Shown here: positions 48,663 to 61,759 of the stretch, one piece after another
How the letters are laid out: each line of letters opens with the position of its first letter
Position numbering within the stretch: position 1 is the stretch's first letter
NCBI GenBank assembly: GCA_053919585.1
Contig: CM132788.1
Direction: 5' to 3' (one strand)
DNA: 64,000 nt
Source of the DNA: Euprymna scolopes
Lineage: Eukaryota
Translations under genes and position numbers: made by a program
Notes under the pieces: model-generated
What the model saw: only the letters and a program-made list of their open reading frames with translations
Databases searched by the model: none
Told to the model about the DNA's origin: nothing

Positions 48663-51489
48663 GAATATAATCTCTAGATTCTATAAAGAATATTATTTTA
48701 ATGTTTTACTTTGTAAAGTTTATAAAAGTGCACGTTGATAAATTTTATAGAACTTATTGTAACTTCATATTTAAAGTTTGTCAACATCGCATTGTTTTAC
48801 AATTTTTATTCCGGGAATATTATCGCTCCCTGGGTGTCCTAATACATATTAAAAAAAAACTCATTATGTTATAATTTTTGTCTGCTAAATTGAAGATGTG
48901 TCTAACTTAGTGTGATATTAAGATATATAAGTATCGATTTTTCTCCCTTTTATCTCAATATTACTTCTTTCATACTCTACGCATAATGGTACCTTAAGTC
49001 CACGATAAGTCCACGATTTAACCGTCTGTCTTTTTTCATACGGATGGATATCATGTAAATAAAGTATTTGGATTTACATTCGGCTGAGCTGATTATTTTC
49101 TCATATAATTCGATGCTGTTGTGTCAGCGACACTTATTCATGAGAGAAATCAGAAATATTCAATTTTAATATTAACTATATTAGATCGTAACATTTTTTG
49201 ACTCTCTATTATCGTGTTTCCTTATTAATAACAGGAACGAATATATGTGTGTATATACATACGTATTAATTTCTGTTATAGATATTACACTATAACTGTG
49301 GTATTCACCTCTTTAATTGAGTTCAATAAATCATACACTGTTTACACTTTGTTTTATTTCTCTAAATAAAATTGAAAATAGAAATATTTATTAGGTTGAA
49401 ATAACTTGGAAACAAATGCACAGTGATACGCATAGGTTAAGGAAAAGGGCTTGTTTTTTTTCTAGAGATTGAAGATTGCGCATTTACCGACATGTTTCTT
49501 AACAATGCATGGAGAGATTACATCTCAAATAAACGAAACATAAAAAATATGAAATGCATAAAAATAATTAATAAATAAAATAATATAATAACATTAGCCG
49601 GCGGCAGAAAATCTTACTAGGTTTCCTCATATAGTGTACTTAATTCTTGTATATGTATTACTTACATTATATACACACCATTATGTTTAAAGTTTAATAG
49701 TCCAGTATTTCTATATTTTTCTTATATATAAAAAAAATGATATTCTTTATACACTCTTTTGTTACTTATATAAATAGCGCCTCGTTTATTTTATATATGC
49801 CTATCAGGTATTCAAATTAATTTCATATATTTCCAGATCATACGAATGATGCCATTTTATATGTTTGTTAAACGGTTATCATTTAACGGAATTTTCGAGG
49901 TTACAAATAGAAATCGAGAATAACAAATTTATATGTTTATATAAAGAGTTTTACATGTATTATAACGATAAACCAATTGAAAATCTTGTATATGGTAAAT
50001 TATCAATCTTGATCGTTTTTTATAGCCAAATTGAAAATAAAATCCCGTAGAAAAGGAGAAAAATATATCAATGAAATAAATACAGTTCTGTGTCTTAAAT
50101 CTGAAACTAAAATCCTGAAGATTAGCAATATATTTACATTTTGAGGGGGATCCGTAGAAATATAATTATGTATTCGTAAAGATATTAATAAAAAAAAAAT
50201 TATACTCTTTCCTAATGATTAATTGCATATACCATTTATTCTGAGGAATTTTAATAATTGATTAAATTCTAAATAAAATTAAATTAACAGGTATTCTCAA
50301 GAAGTGTAATTTAAATATGCACGTCTGTCAAAAGATTAGATAGTCTAGCGTGAGCATGATATAAGAGATGTCTTACAGACAACTGACATAAATGTTTGGT
50401 TGATTTTAAATTATATTTGGATTTAAGGTAATACTACCAGAAGAAAATTCTCTCTTGGAACCATGGAGAGGATAACATACTGTTAAAACGCAATCTTAAT
50501 GTAGTGAGAGACGGACTATTGTCTTATTGATATGCTTTAGTGCACCCAAAATACCTACTGATTTTCTTTCAGATCATATTTTATTTAACTGTTAGCACTT
50601 ATTACAAACTTGTGCGTTCAGGTCCAATAGCTGAATATGTTTACTGTAACATTATATTAATGTTACCCAATAATTTCGCCTATCTTCCAAGTAACTTTGT
50701 GGTAACATAATAAATAAGTTAAAACTTAATGTCAGTTCTTATGAATACACAGTGTTCACTTTTTTGACAAAGTTCCTTCTCTATCTGGTAAGGTTTACCA
50801 GACTTTTAAAGTACTTTCGGAGAAACCTCATGGAAATTTTCAACATCTAAATTGAAATAGAATTTATGAACACAACAAAATTCCCACATAGTGCAAACAT
50901 CGACTTCTCGCTACTATCCTTTTTAAACAGTTCACACAATCAGGATTATTTCAACATGCGTAAGAACCTATATAAATGAAGCAAACTAATTAGGTAGCAA
51001 AAACAAGTAAGAGTTCATTATCATTTTGTAAAGTGAAAACAACAAAAAAAGTAAAATAGAAAGGTTGATGTCTCGACTCAAACACATAAAGTTGATAATT
51101 TATTTTTCGCTAAAATACTGTGAGCTCGCTTCAGTTTATTACGCTAATTAAGTTATCTTATACTTTGTGTCAGTCTGAGTTAAAATAAAAGTCGAATAGA
51201 AAACATAAGTATAAACTTAATTTCATATGCATCACTATTTTTTCTCTTAGTAATCTTATGTTTCTCGATCACCAATTTTTTTGCCAAATATCATCTATAT
51301 TAGTTATGCACTGAAACATATCTTCTTATTGATATGACTCTCCTCTAATTGTCAATGGTCATTAAGGAATATACAATTGAGAAATCAATACTTTCTAATA
51401 CATATTTGTATATATATATATATATATATATATACATCTATATACATATATTTATAGGTATATACATCTATACTTATACATCTATTATG

Positions 51490-52716
51490 ATTGCTGCATA
51501 CTTCCAGATGATTGCAGACAGATTGAGTTCTCCCGATCTCGACGTACATGTCATCTCAGATGACTCAGCACCACCGCCGCAGATTTGCACATCTCGAAGC
51601 AGATATGACATAAAATCTGAGAAATCTCCATTGAGTTGGCTTCCTCTGGAGGTTGAAGGGTATTCCTATAAAACAATCATCTTTATCATCACGCCAGATG
51701 TAGACTTGCAAACTTTGCTGCATAGTAAACAGATCGTTTGGTTCGGACTAATAGGTGCAAAGTTGACCTGAACAGGAGTTTTCTGCGACTTAAGGTGCTT
51801 GGCGTCGCCAGCTTTTGAGAAAAGCATGCGTTCACAAGTTTCACATTTCCAGAACTTGTGTGTCATGGTAAAGTCTATCAATTAAACCTTTGCGAAGCTC
51901 TCACTTCAGATTTCTGTGGGTCTGCTTTCTTTTCTCTAGAACATCAAAACTGTTACGTACATGCTTTCGCCACTTCATCCTTTGCTGAGTAAGTTCTTCC
52001 TACGTGTCGATGTTGATTTGTAAGACTTTCAAATTTTCTTTGTAGAGTTCATGAACCTCTTCCTAGACCTGTGTTTAGGGTGTTTGCCATTTCCAGCTCC
52101 TCATAAAAATTTTGTTTAGCGAGCCTTCAATCTATCATTTGAAATATATAGCCCACCCAAGGCCAGTGAGATCTAATTACAAAGGTCCAACACTAGAGAA
52201 GCGTGCTCTCTCAAGGACTTCTATATCGGGTACTTGCGCTTGCCACTTGATTTTTAAGATACGCCTCAAACATTTTTAGTGAAATCGTTAAAGCCTGTGA
52301 TGTAATGTTCATGTCTCCGATGAATACAACAGTGTGGTTAGAGCACAGGTTTGTAAACGTAGATCCCAGTCCTGTCTGTGATGTCTCGATCAGACCACGC
52401 TCTATTCTCCATCCTTCCAAAAGCTACAGACACCTTCTAAATTTGTCTGCAGATTTCAATGCAGAGGGAGACATCCCTCGACAGAAAACTAGTAACGGTA
52501 GACAAACGCATCAACTAATCCTAGTCGAGCACGACAAACCATGATGTTCAGTTCATGTATGACGAGCCCTGTGCAGGAGTTAACATTACCTTTGTTTAAG
52601 ACAGAATTATTCTCAGACCAAAAGGAAGTGCAGGAGTCAACAAATCTATTAATTATATGTTGCATATCAGTCTCTTTGTGCGACAAAAATAGTATTGTCT
52701 GCATACAGTACCTCCT
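51490..52716 (-). mobile_element. RTE-clade LINE 3' fragment, decayed
   Basis: LSHKETDMQHIINRFVDSC (post-RT region) and C-terminal C2H2-like fingers CETCERMLFSKAG..HLKS and CLLCSKVCKSTSG. Confidence 0.7.
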
Positions 52717-53129
52717 TTAATAAAACATGATGCAGCTTGGTTCTGACTTTAAACCTTCTAGGATTAAAAATGCGACCTGTGGTTCGAAACCTAAACATGA
52801 CAACCTTATCGCAATCCCGAAACNNNNNNNNNNNNNNNNNNNNNNNNNNNNNNNNNNNNNNNNNNNNNNNNNNNNNNNNNNNNNNNNNNNNNNNNNNNNN
52901 NNNNNNNNNNNNNNNNNNNNNNNNNNNNNNNNNNNNNNNNNNNNNNNNNNNNNNNNNNNNNNNNNNNNNNNNNNNNNNNNNNNNNNNNNNNNNNNNNNNN
53001 NNNNNNNNNATTTAAAGCATCTGGTTCTTAAATGAAATATGATATGATATGTTATATATATATATATATATGAGTGTATGCATGTAGACACGTGTATATA
53101 TAAACACGAAGAAATATGCATATACACAG

Positions 53130-53265
53130 GTTTTACAGTCAACGGAGAAAAAAGGCCAAAGACTCATCAATGCCGCTAGACTAGCATCTCCTCCAAACCA
53201 AGGATTGAACCTATAACCGTCGTGTTGACAGTCGGCAGTTCTCCAACTCGACCACGGAAGCGACG
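53130..53265 (-). mobile_element. tRNA-derived SINE
   Basis: Minus strand has A-box TGGTCGAGTTGG, a CTGTCAA anticodon-like loop and B-box GGTTCAATCC. Confidence 0.55.
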
Positions 53266-54246
53266 CCACCAAATAACCCGTCGGAATGTCTATTTAAAAA
53301 CACAATTTCACCCCACGTCCCTCCCAAACAGACTACTCATATTCACAGGATATACGCGCCACAATCGTTCAAAGTGTTAACTACACCCAAATATCTTATG
53401 AAACCATTAATTTTGACTCATGTGTACACATCGATTCTTTTTCAATCGGATGTGATGCCACTGACATATGTATACCGTATTAAATTAATAATGTTTTATA
53501 ATAAGCAGACACCCATGCAGATTCAAACAGACACGAATATATATACACATCTCTACATACACACGCATATACATAAATATACACTAAGTTAGTTGGGTTA
53601 TCAACGAAAAAAAAAAACAGTTGACATTAAAAACCGTCAGCCAAATTAGTTTTTTACAAGCGTAAGACTATAAACTATATATTTCAGTGATGTAGAAATC
53701 TACAAAAATAAATATTTTGGAACGGGTACAATTTTGACGCAGAAAAAATAAATAAAATACGAAGTAGTTGTTATACAGTGAATATAATTCTTTTTTTAAG
53801 CAAATACATTAAATATAAAATGTTTACGATAAAAAGGTCTGTTAGTTATTGCGTGGATTTAATTTATAAACTAGTAGGACCCGTAAACCGATATTACGCG
53901 GTGGTAGCTTGCACCCCCCCCCCGCGTAAAAATAAAAATACATCTGTTGTTGTTGTTTTTGTCGTTTGCAAACCGGCAATCTCGTCATGTAACAAAATTC
54001 ATAAGCATCAATATATACTGGCATATCGGGCTTTGCCATTATATGCATCCGAGATCAATATCTACTTTAAATTTTGGTGTTTATGCATTTTTTTGTACTG
54101 TGCTATTTGATATAAGTGTTTTCATGCTAAATTCAGCTTTCACACTATTTATTTTCTTTCAATTGTGAGGTAGATGAATATTTACAGGATACCCTCCCCT
54201 CACCATTTGTATTGCTCAACGAGTGTATTTATAAATTATTATAAAA

Positions 54247-55496
54247 CTAGCGGGGGCACCCGGCGTTGCCCGAGTGTTTGTTTCCGGGACGGGGCGGGGA
54301 GTAAGTAGGAAGGATCAAACCCGGAGTCATGAGTAAAAGTAGGAAAATAAAGTGTGAAAAAAAAAACATCTGCAACGTTAACAGTTCGGCCACCAAGAAA
54401 AGTCCATTCCAGTTGTTTAGGAAAAAAAAACGACTACGGTAGGTCGGCGCGAACGTGAAAATATAATGTGAATTGTCCAGCACGCTAACCACTACGCCAC
54501 AGAGCACTGCAGCTTAGTTTAGTGATTTTAAATAACTTCGAAGCCAAACCGGTGTTCTCTTCTCAACTGTTCCTTGTGAACGATCCACAAACGGTGTTAA
54601 GTGGTGGCAGGGGGAGGAGGAATGTATTAGAGAGAAAATATTTTACCACTTCCATTGATCTTAACCGATTTGGGCCGTGACTTCTCAGCAGAAAAAGTAT
54701 AGAAATCTAAGATTACCGAGGAATTTGAGAAATAATAAGCCTATAACACACCTCAGATATTGTTCTGCCGTTTGTGCATATTATATTTGCATGTAATATC
54801 TTGATTTTTAATCCTATTAACGTTAAAATCAGACGGCAAAAAATGAGTTCATTTTATTTATATAGAGAAGACTAGCGGGGGTACCCGGCGTTGCCCGAGT
54901 GTTTGTTTCCGGGACGGGGCGGGGAGTAAGTAGGAAGGATCAAACCCGGAGTCATGAGTAAAAGTAGGAAAATAAAGTGTGAAAAAAAAACATCTGCAAC
55001 GTTAACAGTTCGGCCACCAAGAAAAGTCCATTCCAGTTGTTTAGGAAAAAAAAAACGACTACGGTAGGTCGGCGCGAACGTGAAAATATAATGTGAATTG
55101 TCCAGCACGCTAACCACTACGCCACAGAGCACTGCAGCTTAGTTTAGTGATTTTAAATAACTTCGAAGCCAAACCGGTGTTCTCTTCTCAACTGTTCCTT
55201 GTGAACGATCCACAAACGGTGTTAAGTGGTGGCAGGGGGAGGAGGAACGTATTAGAGAGAAAATATTTTACCACTTCCATTGATCTTAACCGATTTTGGC
55301 CGTGACTTCTCAGCAGAAAAAGTATAGAAATCTAAGATTGTCGAGGAATTTGAGAAATAATAAGCCTATAACACACCTCAGATATTGTTCTGCCGTTTGT
55401 GCATATTATATTTGCATGAAATATCTTGATTTTTAATCCTATTAACGTCAAAATCAGACGGCAAAAAATGAGTTCATTTTATTTATATAGAGAAGA
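54247..55496 (-). mobile_element. Head-to-tail dimer of a 625-bp non-autonomous Helitron (family D)
   Basis: Near-identical units 54247-54871 and 54872-55496; minus 5' TCTTCTCTATATAAATAAAA and 3' CGGGCAACGCCGGG..GCTAG. Confidence 0.9.
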
Positions 55497-56950
55497 GAAG
55501 AGAAGAGAAGAGATGAAACACATTTACTCATTGCATTATTTCTATATTTGCTAAATATGAAGAATGTTTACACCCTCGAGAAACCATTTAAAATTATAAC
55601 TTTTAAAGGCTGCGGGGGTGTTGAAAACGAAAATAACATATAAAAATCCGGCGTGCGAGAAGTTTCCAAGATATAGGTAAATGTTAGTTTCTAAAAAGTG
55701 AAGGATCACGTTTCTATAATAATTAAAAGCGAAATGAGCACCAATTTTCTCGCTATATTTTTTGTGGGGAGGGAGGTCATCGTACAATGAACACTATTAA
55801 ACGTAAAATGAGCGCCAACTTTTTGTTTGGGGTGTGTGCAAGTTTAATCGATTATTAATCCCCCCCACCGCAGCCAAAAATGTGGTTGCTTATTTTATGG
55901 TTGTGTTCATTGTACGCTGACCCCTTCCACTATCAAAATGTGGCCATAAAGTGTGTACTCAAAATACGTTAAGTTATTAGCTCCTGCTTTTGTAAAACTA
56001 ACAGTATTTAACATTTTTGCTGGAATTTCAAACGTTATATTCGTTTTCAGCACACCCGAAACCTTTTTTTAAAACAAACATTTCTTCATGTATGTTAAAG
56101 TACGCGTTGGCCCTAATTGTAAACGTGTTTTTAAGGATTGGTTGAAGGTTGAAAGAATCCTTGTTTTTACCCTTTTTTGTTTGTATTTATTAAATAACGT
56201 GGGAAAGTGCTTGCTTACCGGAATCTTAAACGTGATTTTTTCCGGGGTGCTGAAGACATATATAAGCCGTAATTTTAAAGGATTGGTCGGAGGTGGAAAG
56301 AATCATCATATTTACCTTTTTTTGTATTTCGTGAAACACGTGTTTATGTGAAATTAATATTTAATGACATTCTCACATGTATACTAATAGGGTGATATAA
56401 TTTTATGCATCGATAGTGTGTGTATATGAACAAATATGGAAACATATGAATCGAATCTGAAACTGGAAAACCACATGAAACGAAATGCTATCGGATGCGT
56501 CCCTAGAATTACTATTTGGATATTTTATTAATAAAATAAAAGGTTAATTAAAATTGATTTTTAACCACATACTCGGTTGATGAAATGAAATAAATGTTAA
56601 CCACATTCTTACATGTGAACTAATATTGTGATTTAAGTTTTGCAATTTATAGTTCTCTCTCGGTATATATGTATATCTCTAACTTTCTCTCTTTCTCTCT
56701 CTTTGTCTCGGTGTCTTTCCCTCCCCCTGTATCCCCCTATGTATCTGTCTGTCTCCCCTTCTACCTGTATCACTCGCTGGTCGGTATAATCCTCAAGGTC
56801 GTAAGAAAAGAAAATACGGCCTAAGTAATCAAATAAAGACAGCAAATGTTGTTAGGGCTTAATTCTCCATATCGTTCTATCTCTGCCTTTCTCTCTATAT
56901 CTCTTTCTGTGTTCGTCTCTCTCTCTTTTATCCCTTCCTCTGTATTTCCC

Positions 56951-56994
<44 letters not shown>

Positions 56995-58424
56995 TTGACT
57001 CGCTGGTAGGTGTAATACGCGAATTAATAATAAAAAATGCTTACGGTCTAACTAAGTAAATATAGTTATAAATAAATAAAATATGTAGAAATAACAAAGA
57101 AGTGCTTGAGCAAGACTAAATGTTGAGCATAATTTCTTAATATAAATAATGGTTACGTATAAATCTGGCGACGTGATTATATGTTTCGAACTGTTCATTT
57201 AAAGAGTGGAGAAGCGAATAGCAGAATTGCAGAATGTATACTGATCAACCAATTAGCAAGGGTGATTTTCTTGCAAGAGATATGTTTGTGCCGATTACAG
57301 AATTAAACTGTACATCTATTCAAACGGTCCATTTATTTGGGTATGTCATTTCTACACTACCAAAATATATATAATCAGTGTATAATATTTTAAAAGGTGT
57401 GGATAGACTTATAAATTCACACTACTGTAACACGGCTTATTTCTCTTTCTGTCTGTCTCTCTGTCTTTCTCCCTCTATCCCACTCTCTGCATACTTCATA
57501 TCGATCTGTCCCTCCTCCGACATCAGTGAGCTATGTGTTAGAGTGTAATATCCTCACAAATAAACGATAAAAGTACAGTGTTTATTAGCAGAATAATTAC
57601 GTGAATTGTATAAATTGATCTAAGCGGAATAATTACGCGAATTGTATACCTTAAACGAAAGAATAGTGTGTAGTTACAGAAATGGCGGTCTGGTTTGTTG
57701 TTGAGAATTGTTTCTTTATTGTTGGAATAGCCGAATAGAGGAATTTCAGAATGCATAATTCTAAGCTAATCAGTTTTGTTGGATTTATGGACGGGGGAAA
57801 TCATAATTTATGTATGATATCGGGGTAAAAGTATGCGATCGTTTAGAAAATCTGTAATCAGTTAATGACGGCTAATATCTAGGAAAGTAAGAAAATATAT
57901 AAATGTACTCTGTGTAGAATAGTGTCGTAAGAGGAGTCGGTATAGAGAAGTTGAAATTTGAGCTACTTACTCTGTGGGGTGGGACAATGATGATCAGGGC
58001 GCTCTACAGAATAAAAGTAATATTTTAACATTACTAAGTAAAGAGCATGTAATTGCGTTCTGTAACTAGATAACGTAATGACTAATGGCGTAAACATAAT
58101 CATGTTTATGAATCATTTATTGTAAAACTACGACAGTTTTGTCCAAGTTGGAGGAATTGTGTCTGCTTTATAATATACAAGATCAAATTAAGCAAAAATA
58201 TGTTTGGAAAATATAAGCGGGATTTCTTTTGTTCCAAGTGAATTACGTTACTAAAAACGATTTGGAACATCGAATATCAAATATCAGTCCAAATCCTGTT
58301 TAACAACATTTAACAAGTTTGATATGTTGTGAAATAAAGGGTGCGTCTATTTTTTTTTGTGTATTATATCATAATGCGTAAATAACGAACACACACATGC
58401 ATACGCACACAGAAACCCCCCCCC

Positions 58425-58469
<45 letters not shown>

Positions 58470-60098
58470 GCGTGCGTGTGTATGTGTGTACGCTCATGTG
58501 TGTTCCTCTTTTAATGTGCCTGTCTGAATACCTGTGAGAGGAATTTTGTGGAATTAAATTTGAAATACATTCCTAAGTCTTTAGTTTTGCTTTTACATGA
58601 ATAAACATGCTTGCGTTTTAAAACAAATGACACAATTTTTTATGTGGGTTTAAGCAAATAATTACATATGAATACTTTAAAAATCAATAAAGTCAAATGG
58701 GTGTATAGTCTTAAACATTATGTTACAAGAACAAGTCGCCTCTTCTTGTGTGTAAATATGAGAAAGGATAGCCTAGGATTCGAACCTGCGAAGCTAGGAG
58801 TGGAATTGAGAATTCCAATCATAAGTTAAAATAAATAATACAGAATGTTACTGAAAATCGAATGTAGAACTAACCATTGTTTAGTTCACATAAAATAGTT
58901 AGATATCTGTTTATTGAAAAAGGGATGTTATAATGCAATTTTGTTTCTGTTAACGAAATGTAATTAAAATAAGGAATCCAGATCCGAACAATAGAAAATG
59001 TTCAACATATTTGTTAAGTGGGTTAGGAAAATTAGGTTTGAGAAAACGGTTGTAAACATATGAGGAACGATGCATGCTTGGACACATGAGGCGTGTTGGG
59101 CCACGGGATCGATATGCACGTGTTTGGTAATGCAATGATGTCATGGGTTCTCAATATAGAGAGATGTAGGTCAGTAAGTCAGTGAGTCAGAAGTCAGTGC
59201 GTCAGTGAGAAGTCAGGCCGGGACAGTCTCGGACAGACAGAGCTGACATCGAACCTTGGACGCGAAGGGGAAAAGAAAGAAATCATGTAGAGACTTTGAA
59301 TTCCTTGATAAAAGCACTTGACCGGTCGAATGGAATAAACGAACAACTTCATAATTTTTTATCTGCGTCTTCGTGTTCTGTTATTCAACAGAAAGGTATT
59401 GTGAATTTGTATTATAGATTTGTGTTCCACTCATCTGTATTCATAAGACTGTGTACAAACTTATCTAAGAATGTGTATCTATCATCTATCATCTTAAGAA
59501 TACGTCTTTCTCAGCAATTAGAAATAATGAGTGTTCATTTATTATGATGAAAGATCTGAAATCCTCATCTCGAAAGTATATGTGTTAAAGTACGATAAGG
59601 TTTGTAGAAACACTCCCATTATCAAAACTGTCAAAGGTATAAATGTAAATCTCTCTTCAATATCTCTATCAATCTATCTATATATCTATAATCTCTCTCA
59701 AGTATATTACATGCTCCTGGCTGTATTAAAACGTACCATCTCTCTCCTTTTATATATGCGCGATATATCTGCACAAAAATATGAACAACAACGAATATAT
59801 ACGTCATCTCTTTAATAAAACCCAGTATGCAAACAAATAAAATAAAAATATTTTACTATAATAATAAATAGCATCAAGCTAATTATTAAAATATATTTTT
59901 CTTTAATGTAATATGTACATAAATTTACGTTTGGATTTTCTTTGAATTAATGGTATATATAAAACTTATGCTGAAATAAAACGTTTATACAATTCGCCTT
60001 CAGTACGAAATATTAACTTGTGAAAGAGTGTATCTCTTTTATATATTAATTAACTTGGCTTTTACCAAACAAACGTACAGAAATATGACTTTCGTATA

Positions 60099-60156
<58 letters not shown>

Positions 60157-61759
60157 CTAATTGGTGCGTATTATAATTTATTAAAATTAAAACAACGTTT
60201 CTATATTAACTCCCATTCTTGACGTTATTCTCGCATTGCCTACGCATATTTCAAACATTTCAAAATACAACGCTACATACAACGCTCGGCTCTTTACAAA
60301 CATACTTCTATTGATATTTCGATGCTCAGAGTCCTGAAACAGAGCACGACAAGGAAAGATAATTGAATAGTTTTAGCACTGTGAAGCAGAGCCTGCTTAG
60401 ATGGCAAGTGCCAGTTTCAACTGAGTTCAGCTAGTCAAAAATGCAAAAATGCAAAAAAAAAAATGTAAGGAAGAACACTCCAAGCGGTTATCATTGATCG
60501 TGAGACCGTAAAATATGTGTGAATGAATTTTCCTTCTAATTTTATTTCATAATAATTATATTGTCAATATCACTATGAAAATAACGAGATATGATTAAAA
60601 TGAACATTTAAAATATGTTACAAAATATACATTTTGATATGAAAGTGTATCAACAAATTTAAACTATTTTTCGTTTTTAGTGCATTACATATATTCTGAC
60701 AATGGAATATCCTTGATAGTCACCCCCATTTTCGATAATACTTTTAACACATTGCTTAATAGAACTCGGGTAGAGAAACAAAGAAAGATACACACGTTAT
60801 GTCTGTCGACATTTTAGTTAACGTGTAACGTTAGAATGAGGTAAGCTATGCATCCAGTATACGTGTTTTCTGTATAAAAACTACTGGTGTACAATGTTTA
60901 AAAAGTTCCAGTGTTTCTTCATTTTTTTTAATTATGTTGACGCATATACCTTTTAGGACAGAAAGGTGCTTAACATATTTTGTTAAAAATTAAAAAAAAA
61001 CAAAAAAACAATGGTTTCCCTTTAAAAAGAACGTCGAAAAGAAGAAACGTACCCCTGTTACAATAACCAGCTATAATTATTGATTTGTTTTACAAAAATA
61101 TATCCTCCTAGACTGAGGCAATTTTTTTGGAGGGGGCCGTTGACAAATAATTTTTTAAAAATATTGTTGTATTGATAATCACTTTTCTCCGTGTTCGTTC
61201 GAGATATTTTGTTTGTATAATGAACATTATATTTTTCAATAAAATAACTAATTTTATTTAACACTAACAAATTCAATGTTTACCACTACTTTTTGGAGAG
61301 CGGAAATTTAAATAAATACTATTGTAAAATCTCCTTAATCGTGTATTTTGTAATATACATCTGTACATACTCGATATTTTCACAGGATTAAAGACACATT
61401 TTATGATAAGCATATTTATTTGGTTTCTTAACATGGTCCCTGCAAAATATCCCTGCGAATATTGTTTCGACTAAGAACCAATTCTTCTAGACTAATGCAA
61501 TTTTCACTTTAGACAAATATTTGCTTCTTTGTTTAAAATATATATTAGAACATTTTATATAGAAAATATCGTTTTCCTAATATATCAAATAGAAAATAAT
61601 ACTGAATACATTATTTCTTTTAAATTTGCATATGTCAAACGCATTGTAGACAGAGGCAGTGTGTTTCGTTAAGAATTTCAATGCTAAAAAAGCACAAGTC
61701 TGCATGTAACTTGAAACCTACATCGGTCGGGAGATAGAGATGTACTACTTTTTTTTTCG

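Noticed and set aside
58721-59632. Solo LTR candidate with AGTCAG repeats
   Set aside because: Right boundary and TSD could not be defined, and there is no link to the gypsy fragment.
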